Shown here in pieces: positions 9,730 through 17,930 of a DNA stretch of 64,000 nt. The DNA lies in NCBI GenBank assembly GCA_029941465.1, contig JAPYQN010000002.1, positions 548-64,547 of the forward strand. The letters are read 5' to 3'. Within the stretch, counting starts at the first letter, position 1; each line of letters begins with the position of its first letter. This DNA is from Gammaproteobacteria bacterium. Lineage in GTDB: Bacteria; Pseudomonadota; Gammaproteobacteria; Steroidobacterales; UBA11654. The translations under genes and the position numbers were made by a program. The notes under the pieces are model-generated. The model did no database searches and was not told the DNA's origin. It saw only the letters and a list, made by a program, of their open reading frames with translations.

Positions 9730-11190
9730 ATGATTGGAACAGGACCATACGATTCACTAAGAGATTATATGGAGGCAATTGAGACACATGGAAATGTCAT
9801 TCGAATAGAAGCCATTGACCAAGACGCGTATGAGCTAACTGGTTTTATGTATAAACTCATTGATAAGCATGGATGGCTAGGTGCTCCATCGGTGATAGTA
9901 GAGAGCGTTAAAATTTCAGGTGAATGGATTCAAGGACCCATCGTAATTAACCAATATGGGATGGCAGCTCATGAGGCCATGGCTATAGGTGTCCCACTTG
10001 ATGATATTGAAGCAGGGCAACACGTTCAAAATTACAAAAAAGCGTTGAAAAAGATGATGGATATAGGAGAGCTGTCACCGATTGAAACTAAAACAATTGA
10101 TCAAGCAGCTGCCCCAAGTAAAGAAGTCATCCTAAAAGAAAATGAAATTAATATCTTAGATTTTGCATTCATCCAAACTAACCCTGGCGATAATGGCAGA
10201 TTTATTAACACTGGTAATCTTGTAACTATTGACCCGGAAGCTGGAAGAAATGTTGGCACATATCGAATGCAGATTAAGGGCCCAAGAAAAATTGGTATTA
10301 GTCCTGAAAAAGGCCAGGATGGATGGAAATTTCTTATGAATATGAAAGAGAAAGGGGAAGATGTGGCTCAGGCTGCGGTGGTGCTAGGAACCGACCCCAT
10401 TGTTTTTGCGATGAGTAGTTCAAAAACTGCCAGATCAGGACAAGATGAACTCGAGATTGCTGGAGGATTTAAAGGTAAGCCAGTTGAAGTTGTTAAATGT
10501 GAAAACAGTGATATTCTGGTGCCAGCTAATGTGGAAATGATTATTGAGGGTGAAATCCCTTTAAATGACCTGGAAAAAGAAGGCCCATTCGGAGAGATGT
10601 ATGGCTACATGGGTTTACCTCATGAAGAACAATTCTATATGAACATCAAAACAATTACACACAGGGTCAATCCAATGATTGTCAATCAATTCACTGGGGT
10701 TACAAGAGGTTATATTACAACTCCAGGTGAAGCAGCTTCACTAAGAGGATTCTCCAAATTTATGCCTGAACTAAGAGGATTTCATATCCCCATAGATCAT
10801 GTTGGATTTCTTTTTCTTAGCATCGAAAAAACCAAACCTCATCAGGCAATAGAGCTTGCTGAGAAATTTAATTTCTTGCCATTAGGAAAAATTGTGATTG
10901 TGGTTGATGAAGATGTGGACATCCATAACACCAAAGAGGTATTTCAAACTGTTGGCGCAAGATGGCAGCCATACCCAGGTGCAAAACTCATTGAAGATGG
11001 ACCAGGTTTCTTCTTGGATCCAAGCGCTAAAACAAGAGGTAAGTCTTCAAGAATTCTCATCGATGCGACTAGACAATTACCAGAAGAAAATGGCCCTTCA
11101 CCCTACCCCAAGTTAAATAGAGAACACCTGATTGAACATGCTCCAGAAATCTTTGCTTTAGTCGAAGAAAAATGGGGACACTTAATATAA
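9730..11190 (+). CDS. UbiD-family (prenylated-FMN-dependent) reversible decarboxylase
   Basis: 486 aa. N-terminal LRDYMEAIETHGNVIRIEA... and the central EGPFGEMYGYMG motif are typical of UbiD/Fdc1 enzymes. Confidence 0.8.
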   Translation: MIGTGPYDSLRDYMEAIETHGNVIRIEAIDQDAYELTGFMYKLIDKHGWLGAPSVIVESVKISGEWIQGPIVINQYGMAAHEAMAIGVPLDDIEAGQHVQNYKKALKKMMDIGELSPIETKTIDQAAAPSKEVILKENEINILDFAFIQTNPGDNGRFINTGNLVTIDPEAGRNVGTYRMQIKGPRKIGISPEKGQDGWKFLMNMKEKGEDVAQAAVVLGTDPIVFAMSSSKTARSGQDELEIAGGFKGKPVEVVKCENSDILVPANVEMIIEGEIPLNDLEKEGPFGEMYGYMGLPHEEQFYMNIKTITHRVNPMIVNQFTGVTRGYITTPGEAASLRGFSKFMPELRGFHIPIDHVGFLFLSIEKTKPHQAIELAEKFNFLPLGKIVIVVDEDVDIHNTKEVFQTVGARWQPYPGAKLIEDGPGFFLDPSAKTRGKSSRILIDATRQLPEENGPSPYPKLNREHLIEHAPEIFALVEEKWGHLI

Positions 11191-11203
11191 AAAGGAGATC
11201 AAT

Positions 11204-12163
11204 ATGTCCAATGAATCTGATTTAAAAGCTTTTGAGAATGGAGATATTCTTGTTGGAGCAACAATACTAAATAACCCTGATGATGACCATGCAGGTGACG
11301 GACGAATTATCCAATATGATCATGATCTTAACTTAAAGGGAACACTCTGGACTCAGCACACCACTCACTTAGTGGGTGGTCTCAAGTTTGATAAGGGTAA
11401 TAATCTCTGGGCTTTTGATAGTCAAAACTACTCGGTTATAAAGGTGGCTCCAACAGGCGAACAAATTGATCAAATAGATTTTGGAGCTCGTTCATTTTCA
11501 AACGCATGTTTTAGTAACAGTGGCGACGTTTATCTGGGTGAGCATCTTGTTGGTGATGAATCAAATAATAAGGCACTTGAAGGTCCGAGAAAGCTGGGTA
11601 CAGTGCTGCCCTTTATGCCTGATACTGATAGATACGGTGACGGTAATTTGTATAATTTCTCATCAGATGGTGCCCTTAAAGAAACTTATGAAACAGAAAC
11701 ACATGGAGGGATGCCAGGGTTTTTAGGGGTTACTGCATCGGCCTTTGATCCCGATGAATCAAAAATCGTTTATATTTCTGAATTAGGTAATCGAATCTTC
11801 CAATACGATATTATTAATAAACAACAAATGAATGATTTAATCACTTATGAGCCTGACAGCGGTAATCTTGTTATTGCTATAAGTTATGCACCAAATGGTG
11901 ATTTTTATTCCATTAAAGCTAACTTTAGAGAGGGTTTTGCTCTCTGCCAACATGACCCAAAATCTGGTGAGATTATTAAAGAGAAAGTATTACCCGGGCC
12001 TGGTTGGGCAACACTTTGTCTTTCAAGTGACAATGAAACAGCTGTTATTGGTAATTTCTTCAACGGGCAAATTGGAAAATTTGTTATCGAGACTGGAGAG
12101 ATAACTGCTACAGCAGAAACCAATGTGGAGCGATCATTAGCAGGGATAGCTGAGTCTAGTTAA
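11204..12163 (+). CDS. Uncharacterised protein, probably beta-propeller fold (paralog A)
   Basis: 319 aa with a strong AAGGAG Shine-Dalgarno sequence, 13 nt after the UbiD stop. It contains repeated D/G-rich blade-like motifs (SGDVYLGE, NGDFYS). Clear paralog of 57460-58404. No signal peptide. Confidence 0.6.
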   Translation: MSNESDLKAFENGDILVGATILNNPDDDHAGDGRIIQYDHDLNLKGTLWTQHTTHLVGGLKFDKGNNLWAFDSQNYSVIKVAPTGEQIDQIDFGARSFSNACFSNSGDVYLGEHLVGDESNNKALEGPRKLGTVLPFMPDTDRYGDGNLYNFSSDGALKETYETETHGGMPGFLGVTASAFDPDESKIVYISELGNRIFQYDIINKQQMNDLITYEPDSGNLVIAISYAPNGDFYSIKANFREGFALCQHDPKSGEIIKEKVLPGPGWATLCLSSDNETAVIGNFFNGQIGKFVIETGEITATAETNVERSLAGIAESS

Positions 12164-12176
12164 TGCTAGGCTTAAA

Positions 12177-13007
12177 CTACCACGGCACAGGTTTGCCATT
12201 ATAATTAATATAAGCAGCGGTATTCTCCACAGTGATGTTTTCAATATTACGAATCATATCGGCTACAGCAACTTCAGGTTTTCTCATAGGAAAAGGAAGG
12301 CCAGTCATAAAATCAGTATCGGTAGCCCCAGGATTCACCATGCCTACAGCAATGCCCCTACTCTTAAGCTGAAGAGCGAGATTAACCATTAACATATTTA
12401 ATGCAGTCTTACTTGATCGGTAAAAAAACAAGCGCCCGCCTCCACGTTTGAAAGCTGTTTCTATTGATCCTTCACTACTAGACACAGTAATAATTTTTTT
12501 CAGTTGGCTACCTTTCACATGAGGGTAAAAAGCCTCTGCCATTTTCAAAGGTCCTATTGTGTTAACTGCTAAAACATCTTCATAAACCTTGTAATCCATG
12601 GTGCCAAAAATTTGGTTACTTGATCCTCCAGAGATCCCTGCATTATTGAGCAGTACATCTACTGGAATACCACTAAGCTGAAGTGCTAGCTCGTCAATTC
12701 TATTATGATCCGTAACATCCAGTTGCATAATGCTTAAGTGATCTGGGTAATTCTTCTTTAGATTATTTAACTCATCTGCTCTATCTGGGGTACGGCAAGT
12801 GGCTATAACTTTCCAACCTTTTTGCAAATATTGTTTTGTAAATTCTAGTCCAATTCCACGGTTTGCACCTGTAATCATGGTGGTGGGAGTATATGGTTCT
12901 GATTCTGATCTAAGTTGATCATTGAACATTAGCCCTACAAATAATGTAACCGTAAGAAGGTTGGTAAATAATTTTGATAGATTGTTCATGTTCTTGTATT
13001 GATTCAT
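12177..13007 (-). CDS. Short-chain dehydrogenase/reductase, C-factor/sniffer-like, with hydrophobic N-terminal extension (paralog A)
   Basis: ITGANRGIG cofactor motif, NNAG, catalytic YRSSK, C-terminal ...GKPVPW. There is a hydrophobic N-terminal segment (LFTNLLTVTLFVGLMF). An internal Met directly before ITGANRGIG is an alternative start. Confidence 0.8.
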   Translation of the reverse strand: MNQYKNMNNLSKLFTNLLTVTLFVGLMFNDQLRSESEPYTPTTMITGANRGIGLEFTKQYLQKGWKVIATCRTPDRADELNNLKKNYPDHLSIMQLDVTDHNRIDELALQLSGIPVDVLLNNAGISGGSSNQIFGTMDYKVYEDVLAVNTIGPLKMAEAFYPHVKGSQLKKIITVSSSEGSIETAFKRGGGRLFFYRSSKTALNMLMVNLALQLKSRGIAVGMVNPGATDTDFMTGLPFPMRKPEVAVADMIRNIENITVENTAAYINYNGKPVPW

Positions 13008-13024
13008 TTTAAATACATAAAGAT

Positions 13025-14137
13025 TTAACTCAATGGAATTTTATCAAGCACCCAGCCTTTTTGCTTCTTTCTCTCTGGCGAAGGAATTGCAAATGCTTTT
13101 TTACCGATATCTTGTTTGACAGCTTCGGTGTTAATTTTCCATCCCTTTTTCTGCCATCCTGAAAGAAGTTTTCTATATTTAATACAAGGTTCATCAGCCG
13201 ACACTAGAAATTCTTTAGTGTTAGAGCTTGGAGTTAATACCGGTTCTAATTGCTCAAGAACAGTAATATCCTGTTGTGCAATGACCATACAACGATCAGC
13301 TATTGGTTTATCCATATTTGGATCAAGCATCATTTTTCTCATATTAACCAAAAAGATTTTTACATGGTCTTCTTCAATTGGACATTCAAACATATATTGT
13401 CTAAATTCTGAATTCTCATTAAAAACAATATAGGTCCACATTTGATTAGGGCCGACAATACCTGAACCTGCCATTCTTTCATCACTAGCCTCTTTTATCT
13501 GTGGCCCTTCATTTTTTGAAGCTGGAGATTTAAACGCGTGCCAAAAACCAAATCCCCATTTCTTTGGGCCAAACATGTTGTCGACAAATTTAAACTCATT
13601 GACATGATAATCATCATCTTTGCCTTCATGGCCATGCGTTGGATGAACGAATTCATTATGAGCAGCATCTAGTCCATTTTCAATTGACCGTTCAAAATTA
13701 ATTTTTGCCTCGTAAGTTAACCAATTAGCTCGCCAATTTTTTTCATCTTCAAGTTCAGCTATCGGCATAATAGGAGGTCTTTTGCCCTGTTCTAGATCGC
13801 CTAAAAATGCAAAAACAATACCGTATTTTTCCTCTGTAGGATACGCATCTATTCTTGTCCTTTTTGGGATTTTTGCGTCCTTGCCTAAAGAGGGTATACG
13901 CTTACATGCACCATCACCATCAAATCTCCATCCATGATAAGGACATTGGATACAGTCACCTCTTACAACTCCACCAGACAAAGATCCACCCCTATGAATA
14001 CAGGTGTCACTTAAAGTGTGTGGAACTCCTTTAGAATCCCTGAAAGCCACAAAATTCTGGCCAAGCATCCTCACTCTAATGGGTTCATCTTTCAGCTCTT
14101 CACTAAAAGTTACCGGATACCAAAAATTGATATACAC
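13025..14137 (-). CDS. Rieske [2Fe-2S] non-heme-iron oxygenase, alpha-subunit-only type
   Basis: Rieske motif CIH-x16-CPYH (CIHRGGSLSGGVVRGDCIQCPYHGWRF) and mononuclear iron motif DAAHNEFVH. 370 aa, the size of phthalate/VanA/GbcA-family monooxygenases. Confidence 0.85.
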   Translation of the reverse strand: MYINFWYPVTFSEELKDEPIRVRMLGQNFVAFRDSKGVPHTLSDTCIHRGGSLSGGVVRGDCIQCPYHGWRFDGDGACKRIPSLGKDAKIPKRTRIDAYPTEEKYGIVFAFLGDLEQGKRPPIMPIAELEDEKNWRANWLTYEAKINFERSIENGLDAAHNEFVHPTHGHEGKDDDYHVNEFKFVDNMFGPKKWGFGFWHAFKSPASKNEGPQIKEASDERMAGSGIVGPNQMWTYIVFNENSEFRQYMFECPIEEDHVKIFLVNMRKMMLDPNMDKPIADRCMVIAQQDITVLEQLEPVLTPSSNTKEFLVSADEPCIKYRKLLSGWQKKGWKINTEAVKQDIGKKAFAIPSPERKKQKGWVLDKIPLS

Positions 14138-14294
14138 CCTCTACTCCTTTTAAAACTATATAAAGTTACAACAGACTCATATATTAATCTAATTTCTCTA
14201 ACAGTAGAATACGATATATAAATCAAAAAGGATTTGTAACTGATATATTGTTTTACTACTGTTAAACATATAAGCGACAAAAAGAGGAAGGAAT

Positions 14295-14906
14295 ATGGCA
14301 ATGATGCAAGGAAGTAATAAACCAAAAAATCAAGGCAAACCAGCTGGCGGGCCTCCATTAGAAGCTATGACAGCTGAATATTTAGCTCCACCCACTGGCA
14401 TGGAAGGCAGAGAAGAAGACTTAGCTACAGCAATGCAGATATTGGTCAAAACAATGAAAATACAAATACCGTATCCCCATGATACAAATGATGCCCTGCT
14501 TAAAGCACATCTTAATGCGATTCAATTTGCGAAGAATAACAATTTACTGGAAGCATATGTTGAACATGATCTTAATACCATGAAACCGTTACTTGAGCGA
14601 GTAAAAGCTATGATAGAAGCCACTGGCGATAAAGAATTAGCTTTGGTAATGAATTTTGAAAGAACAGGATGCTTTTTCCAAATGTTCCTAGATCCTCATG
14701 CTGAACCTGGAAAGAGAACTTTTACTTTCCCTTTTAAGAAGGTTCTGAATGCTGCCAAAGGTCTAGGACAATTTGACCTAACTGAAGAAGAAATACTCGA
14801 TAAATGGTGGAGACCTAGGTATTTAGGGTATGGCCAAGCAATGGGTGTCGAATTAAAAATTTCTGATATGGATGAAAATGGAAAAATTACTGTCGAGATC
14901 GCATAA
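14295..14906 (+). CDS. Hypothetical protein (203 aa), no motif recognised
   Basis: Strong Shine-Dalgarno sequence (AAGAGGAAGGA) 3 nt upstream of the ATG. The stop lies 6 nt before the next gene. Coding-like composition. Confidence 0.6.
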   Translation: MAMMQGSNKPKNQGKPAGGPPLEAMTAEYLAPPTGMEGREEDLATAMQILVKTMKIQIPYPHDTNDALLKAHLNAIQFAKNNNLLEAYVEHDLNTMKPLLERVKAMIEATGDKELALVMNFERTGCFFQMFLDPHAEPGKRTFTFPFKKVLNAAKGLGQFDLTEEEILDKWWRPRYLGYGQAMGVELKISDMDENGKITVEIA

Positions 14907-14912
14907 TTTACT

Positions 14913-16154
14913 ATGAAACCAGCCCAGGAAGCTTCCAATCCAAGTTATATTCCTACCAGGAAAGAAATAACTAAAGCTGCGACTGATCTCATTCCAAAAC
15001 TCAGAGAAAGGGCAGAAGAAGCTGAAGATCTACGGATGATGCCGGAGACAACTCTTCAAGATATGAAAGAGGCTGGGATTCATAAAATATTTACCCCTAA
15101 ACGCTATGGTGGCTTTGAAATGGATTGGGGAACACAGGTGGATGTTGCAAGAGAACTTGGTAAAGGCTGTGCATCTGCATCATGGATGTCTTCGGTGGTT
15201 ATGTCTCATTCATGGAACTTGGGAAGATTCCCTGCAGATGCTCAGGAAGAATTCTGGCCTTCTTGCCCTGATGCAATAATTGCCACTGCTTTCGCTGGAG
15301 GAGGTGAAATGCAGGAAACCGAAGGGGGTTATATTCTCAATGGGCTTTGGCGCTTTGCTAGTGGAGTTGATCACTCTGATTGTGCAATTGTGGCTGGTCA
15401 ATTTAAAAACGCTAATAGCAAATCAGGAACGGTTCTCGATTATAGAATGGCATTAATTATGCCAGATCAATATGAAATTATAGACAACTGGCAAGCTGAA
15501 GGTTTGAAAGGCACTGGGAGTAAAGACATTAAGGTTGTTAATGCTTTTGTACCAGAACATCGAACCGTTAAATCCTTGGAACTTGGGGGTAAAAACCCAC
15601 CAGGATCTGAGTTGCATAAGAATTATATATATCGTGTTGAAATGGGGATGTATTTCAATACCCTCTTATCAGGACCTATGTTAGGTGCAACCCATGGTTT
15701 GATGCTTGACTACTTAGATCAGACCAGATCTAGGTTTGGATCAATGTTTGGAGAGAGAGTGTCTGAACAAGCTGCAGTCCAGCAAAAGATAGGTGAATCC
15801 TATGAAGAATTGAGAACTGCTGATTTAATCATTGATAATCTTTGTGACTTCCTCCATCACCAAGGTAAAACTGAGCAAACTATTCTAGGTGAAGATAGGC
15901 TTAAGATCAGAAGAGAAACTGCAATGGCAACTCAACTCTGTATGAGTTCAGGAACACGCTTATCAGGTATGATGGGAGTCACAGCACAAACTGGAAGGAA
16001 CCCAGTGCAACGACATTTTCGAGATCTTAGAACCATGTCTACCCATGGTGCAGTTCACTGGGATAACGCAACCACTCCGACAGGCCGTTATCTTTTGGGT
16101 ATTGAAACCGGTGACCCACTCATTGATGAAAACAATGAGTTACTAACTACTTAG
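14913..16154 (+). CDS. Acyl-CoA-dehydrogenase-fold flavin-dependent monooxygenase (group D, HsaA/HpaB-C2-like oxygenase component)
   Basis: 413 aa. The N-terminus (LIPKLRERAEEAEDLRMMPETTLQDMKEAGIHKIFTPKRYGGFEMDW) is typical of HsaA/DszC-like two-component monooxygenases rather than true acyl-CoA dehydrogenases. Confidence 0.7.
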   Translation: MKPAQEASNPSYIPTRKEITKAATDLIPKLRERAEEAEDLRMMPETTLQDMKEAGIHKIFTPKRYGGFEMDWGTQVDVARELGKGCASASWMSSVVMSHSWNLGRFPADAQEEFWPSCPDAIIATAFAGGGEMQETEGGYILNGLWRFASGVDHSDCAIVAGQFKNANSKSGTVLDYRMALIMPDQYEIIDNWQAEGLKGTGSKDIKVVNAFVPEHRTVKSLELGGKNPPGSELHKNYIYRVEMGMYFNTLLSGPMLGATHGLMLDYLDQTRSRFGSMFGERVSEQAAVQQKIGESYEELRTADLIIDNLCDFLHHQGKTEQTILGEDRLKIRRETAMATQLCMSSGTRLSGMMGVTAQTGRNPVQRHFRDLRTMSTHGAVHWDNATTPTGRYLLGIETGDPLIDENNELLTT

Positions 16155-16156
16155 AG

Positions 16157-17254
16157 TTGTTTAGAAAAAATATAAACTCTGTAACGACCTTAATCGTCAT
16201 CCTCATTAGTTCCTTGGTATCAGCTCCAAATCTAGCAGACACAAAAGCTGTATATCCAGAGAAACTTGCACATTTAGCACTTGAATGTGTTCATAAAGAA
16301 TACCCAAATAAAATTTCACACACCATGCAAAGTGATATCGATCTTAAACCACCTAGAGAATTAACACCCTCTTTTTATGGATGTTTTGATTGGCATTCAT
16401 CTGTCCATGGGCATTGGTTGTTGGTGAGGTTAGCAAAACTGTATCCTGAGAAAGATTTATCTGTGCAATCAATAGAAATACTTAATCAGAGTTTTGCAAA
16501 AGAAAACCTTTTGATAGAAAAAGATTATTTTCAAGGAACGGGCAGAACAGCCTTTGAGCGACCCTATGGGCTAGCTTGGTTGCTCCAACTGGTCGCTGAA
16601 TTGGAAGAATGGGATGATAATCAAACAGCAATCCAATGGAGGGAAAATATTAAACCCTTAGAAAATATAGTGATGGAAAGAATTGTCAGCTGGTTACCTA
16701 AATTAACTTACCCAGTAAGAAGTGGTCAACATTCACAAACAGCTTTTGCTTTGGGTCTTTTTTATGATTGGGCAATAATAACCAACAATATAAAAGTATC
16801 TGAATTAATTAAAAACAGGTCATTAAATTTCTATTATGATGATAAAAATTGTCCTTTAAATTATGAACCATCAGGTTCTGACTTTTTATCTCCTTGTTTA
16901 GCTGAGGCAGATTTAATGCGTCGAATATTAGCACCGAATGAGTTTGCACAATGGCTTGGTGATTTTCTTGAAATTCCAAGTGAAAAAAATACAGTGTGGA
17001 TTGAACCAGCTATTGTTAGTGACCGCTCAGATCCTAAGCTTGCTCATTTAGATGGACTAAACTTAAGCAGAGCTTGGATGTTAGAAGGAATAGCTACTGG
17101 CTTACCAATGGATGACCCGAGAAAAGACATTTTAATTAATTCTGCGTTGCAGCATGCCAATATTGCATTGGATGCAGTAACAGGAGAATTTTATGAAGGT
17201 GGCCATTGGCTTGGAAGTTTTGCAACCTACCTTGTCACACAAAGAGGTCTTTAA
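16157..17254 (+). CDS. Exported DUF2891-like protein
   Basis: TTG start 2 nt after the preceding stop. Signal-like N-terminus (LIVILISSLVSAPNLA). The CFDWHSSVHGHWLL motif is one I associate with DUF2891 (recalled from memory, unverified). Confidence 0.55.
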   Translation: MFRKNINSVTTLIVILISSLVSAPNLADTKAVYPEKLAHLALECVHKEYPNKISHTMQSDIDLKPPRELTPSFYGCFDWHSSVHGHWLLVRLAKLYPEKDLSVQSIEILNQSFAKENLLIEKDYFQGTGRTAFERPYGLAWLLQLVAELEEWDDNQTAIQWRENIKPLENIVMERIVSWLPKLTYPVRSGQHSQTAFALGLFYDWAIITNNIKVSELIKNRSLNFYYDDKNCPLNYEPSGSDFLSPCLAEADLMRRILAPNEFAQWLGDFLEIPSEKNTVWIEPAIVSDRSDPKLAHLDGLNLSRAWMLEGIATGLPMDDPRKDILINSALQHANIALDAVTGEFYEGGHWLGSFATYLVTQRGL

Positions 17255-17255
17255 T

Positions 17256-17927
17256 TTAGGGTTTTCTGAACTTTAATACAAAACGGCTTGTACGATCTCT
17301 AATTTCTTTTTCGAAAACCATTGATGTCAAACTATCATCATGATTTTCTAAACTATTCAACTCCTCTTCAAGAATAAATCCGCTCGCCTCAACTTCCTTG
17401 ATAACAAAGTTTTTCTCTATTCTGTGAATACTATGACAATCATTGATACCGTGACCAGATTTAGCATGATGATCTAAAATTCCATAAATACCACCAGTAA
17501 TTAATGCATCAAAAATACTTCTATTCATTGCAGAACGATCAGCTTTAGTCCAAACAGAATCATGATAGGTCATAACATTGAATATCTTATCGAGTTTCTC
17601 AGGAAAGTTTGGTGACTCCATTTCGCCAACAACCGGGATCAAATTATCTTGAGGAAACTCACTAAGTCTCTTCTCAATAGGGTTGCCCTTCCATCGTTCT
17701 ACGCTCATTGGTGAAGTATGAGCATAGACTAAACCACCTTGTCGGAGGGCATAAGCCATGATCGAAGAAAAATACCCACGCCCTGCATTGATTTCACCAA
17801 TTTTATCTGTTGTTTGAATTTTAAAAAAATCCAGAACCTCGCTTGGCTTTCTGTTCTGATCTCGTTGTCGGTCAGAATCTGGACGATTTTCATGCTCAAC
17901 TGCAGTTAAGATATAGTCAGCAGTCAA
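17256..17927 (-). CDS. Class I SAM-dependent methyltransferase (COG4798-like)
   Basis: RPDSDRQRDQNRKPSEVLDFF...EINAGRGYFSSIMAYAL..GGLVYA matches the pattern of the predicted-methyltransferase family COG4798. It sits 3 nt downstream of the aminoacylase gene. Confidence 0.6.
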   Translation of the reverse strand: MTADYILTAVEHENRPDSDRQRDQNRKPSEVLDFFKIQTTDKIGEINAGRGYFSSIMAYALRQGGLVYAHTSPMSVERWKGNPIEKRLSEFPQDNLIPVVGEMESPNFPEKLDKIFNVMTYHDSVWTKADRSAMNRSIFDALITGGIYGILDHHAKSGHGINDCHSIHRIEKNFVIKEVEASGFILEEELNSLENHDDSLTSMVFEKEIRDRTSRFVLKFRKP

Positions 17928-17930
17928 TTC

